DNA of 63,563 bases, the filler included, from Rhabdomonas costata (lineage: Eukaryota): assembly GCA_019059605.1 (NCBI GenBank). It is 57 parts of 57 records of this genome, joined end to end, with 100 filler letters (N's around TTAATTAATTAA, not from the genome) between each part and the next. Parts side by side here need not be neighbours in the genome. Positions count along the whole stretch, not along the records: positions 52,510 to 53,526 come from JAHMHO010033362.1; positions 53,627 to 54,630 come from JAHMHO010033363.1; positions 54,731 to 55,747 come from JAHMHO010033364.1; positions 55,848 to 56,864 come from JAHMHO010033365.1; positions 56,965 to 57,981 come from JAHMHO010033366.1; positions 58,082 to 59,098 come from JAHMHO010033367.1; positions 59,199 to 60,214 come from JAHMHO010033368.1; positions 60,315 to 61,330 come from JAHMHO010033369.1; 49 more parts are not named here. One strand, given 5' to 3'. Both the position numbers and the translations under genes were made by a program. The first letter of the stretch is position 1, and the number at the start of each line of letters is the position of its first letter. Of this stretch, positions 53,186-63,563 are shown in pieces. The notes beneath the pieces are model-generated. The model was given only the letters and a program-made list of their open reading frames with translations, did no database searches and was not told the DNA's origin.

Positions 53186-56100
53186 ATACACCCCTTAGGT
53201 TTGGCTTACGTTCAGGTTGAGGTTGAGGTTGGTCATGCCAGTGAGGGTTAGCGTCTGTGGTGGCATTCTACCATCGTCACGGTACGCATGACATTCCTCA
53301 CTGGTTAGCCTCGAGTGTTGCCAGGTGGTGAGTGCATCGCTCTGTCACGCTGTCACTCCTCAGCCCATCAGCAGCAGGAACCATCATGGTCAGCACCAGC
53401 ATGGCATCTTCCTCTGTGTGGGAGGGTGTACAGGTAGGAGCATCAACCCATCCTGTCACTCTTGGCATCCAAGCAGCCATGTTACCCAACAACATCTGTC
53501 ATGGTCGGTCTCGGCGACCTCCACTTNNNNNNNNNNNNNNNNNNNNNNNNNNNNNNNNNNNNNNNNNNNNTTAATTAATTAANNNNNNNNNNNNNNNNNN
53601 NNNNNNNNNNNNNNNNNNNNNNNNNNGGGTGGGGTGAAGGTCTTCACGGAGGTCACCGTCGACCTGGTGGCCCCCGATGAGATCGGGATGCCGGTGTGTT
53701 CAGTGTTCAAATTTTTCGAATAGGACAATTGTATTTGGCGTGGGGGTAAGGTGTCGGTAAACGTTTAGCACTGCCAAAACATTTTTGGCTTGTGCGGGTT
53801 TGGGGTTTTTTTATTGCTGGGCTTTGGTAGATAAATGGAACGGGATTATTTTGGGTGCGAAGGCCAGCGCCGCGAAGGCCAGTCTGCGGCGCGGCCGGAG
53901 TGGGCGGATGGGTAGGTACATTCCATGGGTGATACTCCGCTTAGGACTGGCGGTGCTCTACGTCGGAATCAGGCACATTTTGGGAGGTGCTTTTGGGGTG
54001 CAGTTTTAAAGGAGATTTTTCGTTAAGCAGCCCCAACGAACGGGCAAAAACCTCAAAACACCGCTGGACCTTCTTGCCTGACCTCCACAATGCCTGGGGG
54101 GCACACAGCCCACAAGTTTCTCTTTTTCTTGGCCATTGTTCTGGGTTCGGATGGCTGGGAGTAGCTGGGAATGATTTCCTGCGGGGTTGGAGGGCGATCA
54201 ACGTTCCTTTAGATTCACTAGGTGTCTGCTGCGCACGGGCACCACCGAATCTGTTAACCTCCTCCACATGGTCCACATTTCTCCCCAAAGATGGTGCGCA
54301 AAGAGCTCATTTCTCTCTCCTCTCATCTCTCAACACGCCCCACGCCGCGCACCTCCTCAACAATTGCCACTCAGTTTGGGCCGCTCGGCGCAGTCAGCCG
54401 GTGCCCCCACACAGTACCCATGTGGCCAACAGCGCGTGCACGCGTCATTCCAGTCATTCCAGTCACCAGCAGCGGGCGTTCTGCGGCCAATAACACACAC
54501 GCACACACACACACACACGCACCGCCCGCTTTCCCCCTTCCCCATCACAGGAGGAGTATATGGTCCGGATGATCCGGGCTGGTTCACGGTGCGCAAGTTT
54601 GCGAGCATTGAGGAGTACCTCGCCAACCCCNNNNNNNNNNNNNNNNNNNNNNNNNNNNNNNNNNNNNNNNNNNNTTAATTAATTAANNNNNNNNNNNNNN
54701 NNNNNNNNNNNNNNNNNNNNNNNNNNNNNNTGTGGTGGTGTTGGTGGATTGGCGTCCTTTGGATTGGCAGCATCGCACATACATACCCGTAATGCTGTAA
54801 TTGGACCTGGGATAGTAACCCATTGGCCCTAATCCCCTTCTGTTACCAGTGTTTGCCTCGCGCTTCCCCACCCCATTTCCTGCCCCCTGTGTGCCTCCCA
54901 GTCCTCATCAAATACTTACTCAATTCAAAGCATCCAAAAGGGCTCTGTTGATGAACTTCCTACCCTCTCCCAGCAGCTACAACTTCAGGAAAGTAGGGCG
55001 CCCCAGCGATACACCACAAACACACATAGAGAGAGAGAGAGAGAGAGAGAAAGCAAGGTAAGTCCCGAACCCTGGTCGTGAATCTTCTTTTCCAGCTTCA
55101 GCAGCAGGGCCAGAACTTTGTCCAGGTTGTTAGATCGCTTCTGCACGACCTCAAACCGCACCGCGTCTGCCTTTACCACCCACTCGCTCCACCACCGCTG
55201 CAGCCGCCTCATCGTGTCCATCAGAACGTCCTCCATGTTCTCGCCAAAGTTTACACTCGCTGCGCAAAACCAAACAGAATACGGAAATACGCTGATGACT
55301 GTGAGAGAGCACTGGTTGGTGTGTGCTCTGCGCGTTCTGCGGGTTTTTTGGGGAGGGGGGGGAATTCACCCAGCGATCCCTTCACTCTAATAAAAGACAT
55401 TACAAAAAACTTGCGACCATTTCTGCTCTTTTCTTTTTGAAGTTGAGCGTTTCGCTGTTCTCCTCCGATAAAAATGAAGTGTCAGCGCGGGTGTCCGCGA
55501 TGGGCGTGTGTTGAGATGGATTCGGGTAAGGCCCTCTTTTCAACAAGTGGCTTAACTCTAAAAGTACCAAAATTCCAATAGAAGATTTGCAGGGGGTTAG
55601 AGGGCGATGCCTGTGCCCCCTGGGATTCCAATAGAAGGATTTGCAGGGGGTTAGGTTTCGATGCATGCCGCGTCGATTTTCCAGGATGTCTTGGGCTGCG
55701 GAGCGGGCCAAGATCCTAGGTATTTAGGGGAGAAAAGCTTTTTCCCCNNNNNNNNNNNNNNNNNNNNNNNNNNNNNNNNNNNNNNNNNNNNTTAATTAAT
55801 TAANNNNNNNNNNNNNNNNNNNNNNNNNNNNNNNNNNNNNNNNNNNNTGTTGTTTGGAAACCTTTAGAGTCCTTTCGCCGGGTTTTCGTTACCAATGTAT
55901 CGAATGTTTCCTCGAAAGTTTGGAAAGCGTCTTTTCGCCGCGTACACGCTTGTGCTCTTTGCGGCTGCTCTACTCGTGATAAAGGTTGGTCAGTCACTGA
56001 AGCGCAGAGGCTTCATACAGGTTTGGTGCTTTGAAATCTGGACATTGATGTGCGTGGGTTGAGCGTGGTTTTTGCACACCTTGTTTTCCGATCGAAGGCC

Positions 56101-56213
56101 AGCTTATACCTCCTTTCAAAAGGGGAAGCGCATCCTTTTGTATATTCTACATTCAAGGAATTCCCCGACCCTTCAACTACACCACCTAGGAAGATGTCCG
56201 CATTTTTATCTAG

Positions 56214-56273
56214 GAAGCCCGTTTTACCAAAGAAGTGCCTTGCATCGTACTCTTTGGAGACTCGCTGACGCAG
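56214..56273 (+). CDS. GDSL/SGNH hydrolase (IAH1-like) block I exon
   Basis: TAG|EARFTKEVPCIVLFGDSLTQ|GTTTG. Confidence 0.55.
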
Positions 56274-56633
56274 GTTTGTTGTGCCGTGAAGTGCGCTGCT
56301 TCTTCCCTACCTTCCCTCTTTGGTTATCTTCCTTTTTCCTGGTGGCTGAATTTTTTTGGCGAGATTTTAGTGTCAACCGCCAACCTTTTTCCTTCACGCA
56401 GTAACCACACCTGGATGTGATTACAACCAGGGTGTTGAGGTTGAGAAGAAAACCGAAACGCCAGCGACTAGAAGCGGGAAGCGGCTCACCTTCTTGGACG
56501 AGTGATTCTCACTGGGAACCCCGGGGGTAAGTCCCGTCTGCAGAACAAGGGTTACTGCTTTTCAGCGGTTCAGTTGGTTGCCTGTTCACCTGCTTGCTTC
56601 AAACACAACCATGCGAGCGCTGTCCCTTTCTAG

Positions 56634-56804
56634 GAGAGTATGTCATGGTTGGCGGGGACCGGGGCGAGGACCTGGGCATGGTGACCTTCACCTGGCTAGC
56701 CCCCGCACCTGCTGGGGCAGCGGGCGGAGCCGCGGACTCCGCGGATGCCCCTTCCCCAGCCAGCCCTGCAAGCCCTGTGCAATACGACAACTACGGCAAC
56801 CCGG
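56634..56804 (+). CDS. PSP1 C-terminal-domain protein exon
   Basis: TAG|(G)EYVMVGGDRGEDLGMV is the PSP1 motif GxxVxVxxDRGxDxGxV, a family expanded in euglenozoans. Confidence 0.75.
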
Positions 56805-59412
56805 GTTTGCCCTTTCCCACACTCACCCGTGAACACACAACCCAACGCTTACTTACCCAACACCNNNNNNNNNNNNNNNNNNNNNNNNNNNNNNNNNNNN
56901 NNNNNNNNTTAATTAATTAANNNNNNNNNNNNNNNNNNNNNNNNNNNNNNNNNNNNNNNNNNNNTGGTTCACCGAAACTGGGGGTCAGACGGGTCAGGAT
57001 AAAAGACAAAATTGGAGAAATAATGGAATCGGAACTCAAAAGAACGCTAGGCGGCATTGGATTGCTTTCAGGCGGAAATGAGCGACATTACGTCATCAGC
57101 CCTGAAACTCGATCCAACAAAGAGCAGCGTCCAAAAAGAAATTGAACGTCGCTTCCACATCGTCGTCGATTCAAACCATGAAAATCATTCTGAAGAGGCA
57201 CGAAGGACACCGACGAACAAACCGCTTCTGCTTCTTTCCCTGCTCATCCTCCTGATACACGGCCAGCTCCTTTGGAACAGGGGCGTCCTCAGCATGGGAA
57301 ATCTCGTAACCCGCCGCAGGGATTTCAGCTGGCGCTTCCTCGCTGCGAAAGCAATTGTAAGTCCCCACCCTTCAACCCCCCAATCCCTTTGGCAGCAAAC
57401 GTCAATGTTAAATGTCAACTACTCCCCCCTAGCTACCAGGTCACAAAAAACAAAGCAAGAAAGGAAGGCTGAGAGGAGCTTTAACATACCCAGGAGCTGG
57501 CTGAGGGGGCGGGCAGACCCGCGCAATCACTCGCATGTTGACGAAGAGAAGTTTAAAACAAACCCCAAAACAAAGAAGATGAGAGCAAAGCAAACTCTGA
57601 AGCAAAACAAAAAGTGGTTTCGGGTGAAATAGCGACGAAATTGCTACTCGTACTCTTGCTTTCAAAACTTGAGTGCTGATTCCTTTTTGCATGCCCCCGG
57701 AAGAGAGGAAGGAAAAAGGCATTTACCAAGGCACAGGCACCGCAAAGCTAAATCCTGGTCTTGCACCCCTCCGCCCAATTATATTAAACTGTGTAACGTT
57801 GGAACGTTTTAATTTCAACAACCTCTCTCTAACTCTCTCTGAATAGTCGAAACTGCCTTTCAGAGCCAATCACCACCAATCAGTGCAAATTAGCCCCTTT
57901 CAAAGTGTTTTACTCCATGTCAGCGCCATACAGCCATACGCCGTTAAGACGAAAGTGTCAGAGTCAGGTTGACAAAAACACNNNNNNNNNNNNNNNNNNN
58001 NNNNNNNNNNNNNNNNNNNNNNNNNTTAATTAATTAANNNNNNNNNNNNNNNNNNNNNNNNNNNNNNNNNNNNNNNNNNNNTTGTGTGTTTCTGTTCTTT
58101 TCTGTGGTTTCGGAACATGACTCCATCCACTCCATACGTCAGTGCCAAGAGTCATGTTCCGAAACCACAGAAAAGAACAGAAAAGCACAGACCAAGCAAA
58201 AGCACACACTCACAACAGCCGTATCCCCCGGAGGCCAAGCCCTATAGCCGAGGCCGCTTCGCCTCCGGCTCAGTCCCAGACCCAGGGATGCTCGGGAAGA
58301 ACGGCAGTGGGGGTGGCAGAGTCGTCGCCCCCACATGGCTGGGTCCAGCACCCGAGGAAGAGGAAGAAGTCCCGCCGCCCGAAATCCCGCTGCCTCGCGA
58401 CTTAAAAATCGATGCCATTCCGGCCACCGTAAGCGGCCCTTGCCCCACGGAGGCTCGAGCGGGCTGAAAGACAACGGGCAAGAAAAGTGAAGGAGGAGGA
58501 CATATTCCGTGTTCGTCTCGCAAGGGATTAAGGGGCGATACAAGTGTCTGTGTCTGGTTTGACGCACCCCCCTACTGTTGTGCAATCGGTAGTGCCTCTG
58601 TAGCCTTTTCTTATTGGACGAACTGCCTTTGACTTCGGACAACCTATCGCGCTCTGTTCTGGAGGAGAGGGTCTCAAAGCTGAGAGGATATGATACTTTC
58701 ACACAGCGTTGGGACAGGGAGACCAACCACTCTTGCGCTGAAATTCCTTGAACCCGCTTTGGTGAGAATCTGAGGGGGTACGGACATAACCCCGTTCCCT
58801 GACTAAGGATGGTCTGAGCTGGATGTTCACAAACCCCACCACGTCCAAACCACGAGCTACAACCTGCCGTGTTGTCATGTCAACAACCTGTCGCATTGTC
58901 GGAACAATGGAATAGATAACTAATCGATTCTTCCCGGTCGCCTTGGTCGAGTTTCCACCTTTGTACGGCTCACTGTATTTCGTGTCTTGTTCATAAAAAA
59001 CCGAGACAAAACACAACAACTACATCTCCTTTCCTGCTCTTTCCCAAGCTGCTTCAGCCTACAAAACACAACAACTACATCCCCTTTCCTGCTCTTTCNN
59101 NNNNNNNNNNNNNNNNNNNNNNNNNNNNNNNNNNNNNNNNNNTTAATTAATTAANNNNNNNNNNNNNNNNNNNNNNNNNNNNNNNNNNNNNNNNNNNNGT
59201 TTTGTGTTATCTTCATCATATGGACGGTCCTGTTGTAGTTTAAGGCGGGGGGGTGCTCATACTTTTATTGGAAAACGTTGCTGTGTATTGCTTAGTTCAA
59301 GCCGTTTTCCGAAAGCTGTACTCCCACGGAAAGTTTCCATATGTTTTCGTTCTCTGTTTTCAGTTGCGGGTAATCTCAGCGTATTCTGTCTTGGCGGCAC
59401 ACTGCTTTGCAG

Positions 59413-60091
59413 GCCCTTTTGGAGCTCCAGGAGCGAAGCCAAGGCGACCAGCGCGTCCAGCCAGCCGAGCTGCAAGCCCTGAAGCATCGCCTATCCCTGG
59501 CATCGCAGGAGCTCAGCCAGACAAAGACACGGTGCACTGCCCATCGCTGTTGCAGAATGTGCTGTTTCAGATACACAAGAAATACAGCTCCAGGCCTTTA
59601 AGTACCATTCTAGAACCTTACAAAGAAGTTCAGAGTAGGAAAAACGTTGCCTGTCAAGAGCGCCTTGTGCAGGCTCAGCAGCATTTGCATTCACAGTGAG
59701 AGCGGTCAAAGCAGCTGGTGACAACAACTGCTCAATTGCAGGCCATTCGAATGACTGCTCTTGCTAACTGAATGGCATCAGTCAAACTGGCGGCTCTTCA
59801 TTCACAGAGAGACGGCCGAAACGTTTGTCTTGGTTGGTTACATGCCGTCCTTTTTCCCAAAGCCTCCGCACTCCGTTATTGATGTTTCGCTTCGCGTTTC
59901 GGGGCCCTTTTGGCGCCACAGGGTGCGCTGAGTTTGAGTGGGTTCCGGATTCCCTCCCTAATGCCCCTCCTCCCTCTTTCTACCGTAGGCTCCGAGATGT
60001 ACAAGAAGAACTCAGGTTGCAGCAAAGGCAAACCTCGGAGCTTTCCCAGTCCCACGCGCAGCAGCTGCAGACACTGAGGGAATCGTCCCAG
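59413..60091 (+). CDS. Coiled-coil hypothetical protein exons
   Basis: ALLELQERSQGDQRVQPAELQALKHRLSLASQELSQTKTR and LRDVQEELRLQQRQTSELSQSHAQQLQTLRESSQ, each with AG/GT borders. Confidence 0.55.
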
Positions 60092-60546
60092 GTACATGCC
60101 TTCAGATGTCAGCACTGCGAAAGCGTGCTTGTTGTGTTCCAGTGGTCATTGACGCCAGAAAAACCCGAAAGCTTTTCGACTCCTTTCTGGAAGAACCACC
60201 TTTACCAACAACACNNNNNNNNNNNNNNNNNNNNNNNNNNNNNNNNNNNNNNNNNNNNTTAATTAATTAANNNNNNNNNNNNNNNNNNNNNNNNNNNNNN
60301 NNNNNNNNNNNNNNTTTGTGGGTTTTTCAGGATTTGGCTTGCGGCCACTTCAGAGGTCAATGGAAAAGCAAATAATTGATCGAGCGCTCTCCGAGGCTTA
60401 CCCAAACACTCCCAAGAGCCTCTGCATCGTTGAGTTCAGTCTGCTTGACGCTCGAACGACTGAAGGGGCGATCTTATTTTCAAAGGAAACGCTGTATATG
60501 GGAAGGTGGGCACAAAGAAAGTATTGCATCAATTAAAGATGCGGGA

Positions 60547-60582
<36 letters not shown>
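60547..60582 (+). repeat. (ATG)12 microsatellite
   Basis: Perfect trinucleotide run. Confidence 0.9.
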
Positions 60583-60779
60583 CTGGGGGGTCAGTGGTTT
60601 CGTTGAGTCACAACGAACCAGCGTGTGCCTGCAGCAGAATCCTGGAACTTGCTGTTATTCTTCACTGGGGCGCGTTGCCTTTCTCTTTTTCGGTTCAGTT
60701 GGGATTTTTTCCAAGACATCGATTTTGTTTTTCGATACAAGCAAAGAGGGGAGTGTGTGCTGACACTGGCGCGGGGATG

Positions 60780-60972
60780 TTTCTTGAACGCTGTGCGGCT
60801 TGCGAGGTGGCTGTTGCCTGGGGTGTCCCGGACTCTGGGTCGCGCGCTCGGGCTGACTTGTGTGGCCCTGGCGGTGGCTCTGATCAGTGCCAGTGTGGCG
60901 GTGTACTTCCGCTGGGTGCTTCCCGTAGTGGTTGAGCTGCACTCGTTGCAGGGGATGCTTCTCTTCCTTGCA
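60780..60972 (+). CDS. Membrane protein exon, possibly the N-terminus of a DHHC palmitoyltransferase
   Basis: RALGLTCVALAVALISASVAVYFRWVLPVV...GMLLFLA|GT has a hydrophobic pattern like the ZDHHC16 first TM helix. The DHHC motif itself is not in the contig. Confidence 0.35.
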
Positions 60973-62883
60973 GGTTGCTGCCCATCCAAAGCTACATTCT
61001 AGATTTGCCCTTCGTGTACTCACCTTACAATGTACGACAAGGCGAAGTTCCGCCTTCGTTCCAGTTTTTATTCCAAAGCACTTTTTGAAGCACTGACAAT
61101 GCTCTCTCTCTCTCTCTCTCCACCTGATCCATCCTGTGATACAATGTTTATTGGGTCAGTGGGTGTAACACTGTTATTTGCTCGCTTAACTCCGTTTGTT
61201 TTTTGTGAATAATGTTTGCTATTTGGTGGTTGCTCGATTAATCAACATTGCTCCGTTTAGCATTGTTCTTTATCCTTATTCCTCTAATATTGGTGTCACG
61301 CTGTTCAAGGAATGACACATAAATTATTTGNNNNNNNNNNNNNNNNNNNNNNNNNNNNNNNNNNNNNNNNNNNNTTAATTAATTAANNNNNNNNNNNNNN
61401 NNNNNNNNNNNNNNNNNNNNNNNNNNNNNNTTTTGTGTGGCTTCCTCCAAAGAGGGTTGGTTCGGCCCCTTTCCTCCCGCTCGTGGCGGCTTCGTTACCG
61501 TCTCCCCATGTCTATACATACGCTGGAGGGTCTCAGATCCTGCGGAGGCTCGCCTCCACTTCTTCACTTCGCTAACGTCTCTGGTCGCGTTCCTCTCTTT
61601 CCAAAATTTCTCGGTTCCCTCTTTCTTCTCGGGTTGCTGGCTTGAACCCTACCTTTTCTCGTTTCCTCAGTGGCTTTCCTCCCCATATTCCCAAGTCTTT
61701 TTGGCCGACTGGTGGTCAGCCAGTGCTCCCCTCTCGACACTGCCGTCGTCTCCTGCATCCCAACTCATCCTTTCGGGTTCTTGCTGGTTGAGTCGGAAGA
61801 GGCAGGTGCCCGGAGGCAAGAGCTCCTTGGCTTTCTTCAGTATGAGCATGTCGACGGGAATGTCTGAGAGCTTTCTCTCCTCAGTTAGGACCTGTCATAG
61901 GCTGGCGCGTCGCTCGCCATCTCCCCTTCTGGCCCTGCGGAAAAGTCAACAGGACAATGAGAATTTCCATAGGCTAGGTTCTGGTTCACCTCTCTCCACC
62001 GGGTCAGTTGGGGGCACCACACATTTTTGAAGTGACTGTGCGGTTAGGAGGCGAGGTTGTCCAGTGTTTAAGGGATGGAAACCGCCACCCCCTATGCAAA
62101 TCTTCACTGGGTGTCTGTTGAACGATTATTGTGCGGATCAAAAGACAGTGCAACGACAATGTCAGATACATTCGTTTTTGCCTGAGTCCTACACCGCGGT
62201 TTAAGCAGTGAGCTATACTTCTGCCAGGCCATCGGCTCTTCATGAGAGAGTAAACAGCCAAAAGGGGGAAAACAAAAGGGCAGTTTTGTTGCGAACAATT
62301 CTACAATACAGGTGGACAAATAAATACTCCGACAGGGGCGCGGCCCCTTCAGGAATCTGAGAGGAAGGGTGAGGCCCGGGACCCGCCCATCTTGGTGTAC
62401 ACGAGTGGGAATTTAATCTTATTGAGTATGCATCCTACCAACAAAANNNNNNNNNNNNNNNNNNNNNNNNNNNNNNNNNNNNNNNNNNNNTTAATTAATT
62501 AANNNNNNNNNNNNNNNNNNNNNNNNNNNNNNNNNNNNNNNNNNNNGGTAGTCAGGACAAACTCCGAAATCTGCCTGACCTGTGAAAACTGGGTAGAAAG
62601 GTGAGAATGCAACTTTCTTCCTCCGGAACCCTGGAACACACCCTGTGGATTTCTAATGCGGTCGTGTCGTGTGCTAGCTACCTCCTTCCACGTGACTTAC
62701 CTCCCTTGGCCTGGCTCTCTGCCTCGCCAGGGGTCTTCCCCACTGTCTCTCTGCTGGCCTTCCATCTCTCACCTGGCCCTGCTCTGCTCGCCTTCTCGCC
62801 CAGCTGGTTGATATATAGCCTGACCCATGGCCTGGCCAGGAGCTGGCTCACGAGGGGCTGAGCTTCGACTTATCAACTGACCC

Positions 62884-63563
62884 TTGAAAAAAGGGCACTC
62901 TGGAAATCTCTGGAAAATGTCTGTGTCACACGCATGTGACTTTTCTCCGCTGTCTATGGATGTGGAACACCTGGGTGATCTGGACCGTTACAGTGAGAAG
63001 CGCGCCGGCAGAGTGAAATGGCACTTCATGAAGGTAACCTTTCTGAATAATCAAGCCGTTTACCGGCAGCTCCCGCACGTGTTTCGAGATCCGCAAGTGT
63101 ACAGCATGCAACACGAGCCTGATGATGCAGCAGCAATCATGGTAGTGAACAACGTCCAGCCTCAGATTCAGGCTCTGCTGTGTAACTATGCGAAGGCGGC
63201 TCAAGAACTGACAGTGGACGAGGCACTCCATGTCATGGAGTATTGCGCGTGCCACTTGGATCTGTTGAGGCCCAACCAAGAGCATTTGAACCAAGAGGAC
63301 CAAGTGCGCTGTGTACACCCGCATTTTTCTGTGGCCTTACCTCAGGACCATGGTTCAACGCGGCCGGAAGTTCAGGCTGGACGCCGACATGGAAGACGTC
63401 TTCATGAGACTGCGCAAATCTCTTGAGGAGTACTGCCTGTGGTGCTCTAGAAGGAAAGCCGACCGGTACTACGCCCTGGAAAAGTGGGCGGATGCCGCCT
63501 ACGAGCACTGCAGGAGGAACTGGGCCGAGAAGCTGCAAAGCCCTGGCTTTGTGCCAAAAACCC
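62884..63563 (+). mobile_element. Intronless frameshifted ORF, possible retroelement gag-like remnant
   Basis: A 180-aa ORF overlaps a second frame (VYTRIFLWPYLRTMVQRG...MEDVFMRLRKSLEEYC...) that runs to the contig end. No splice structure seen. Confidence 0.3.

Noticed and set aside
59006..59098. Direct repeat of about 37 bp at contig end
   Set aside because: Only two copies at a terminus; cannot separate a minisatellite from misassembly.

Overview
This window is not a continuous locus. It is about 57 unrelated contigs of about 1.0 kb each, joined by artificial N-TTAATTAATTAA-N spacers, so adjacency across spacers has no biological meaning. Most contigs come from an intron-rich flagellated eukaryote, with short exons and mainly GT-AG introns. 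A euglenozoan, probably a euglenid, is inferred from an articulin-type VPYPVE exon, a PSP1-domain exon, several receptor-type adenylate cyclase fragments and a GH81 beta-1,3-glucanase. Recognisable spliced fragments include GH81, CEP104, CDC48/p97, IFT70, a MAPK, gamma-glutamyl hydrolase, NAXE, GBA2/GH116, a bacterial-type PreA with introns, a soluble fumarate reductase, phosphoglucomutase and a probable meiosis-specific MSH4. Accessory material includes an intronless NACHT NTPase, two very AT-rich contigs (an intact kinase ORF, and decayed ORFs behind a duplicated promoter-like block, both possibly giant-virus derived), gag-like retroelement remnants, a satellite of about 414 bp, and an element densely packed with GNA-triloop mini-hairpins. 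G/T-only contig starts, A/C-only contig ends and terminal fold-backs point to whole-genome-amplification artefacts. All protein assignments are from motif recognition by eye; no database searches were run.
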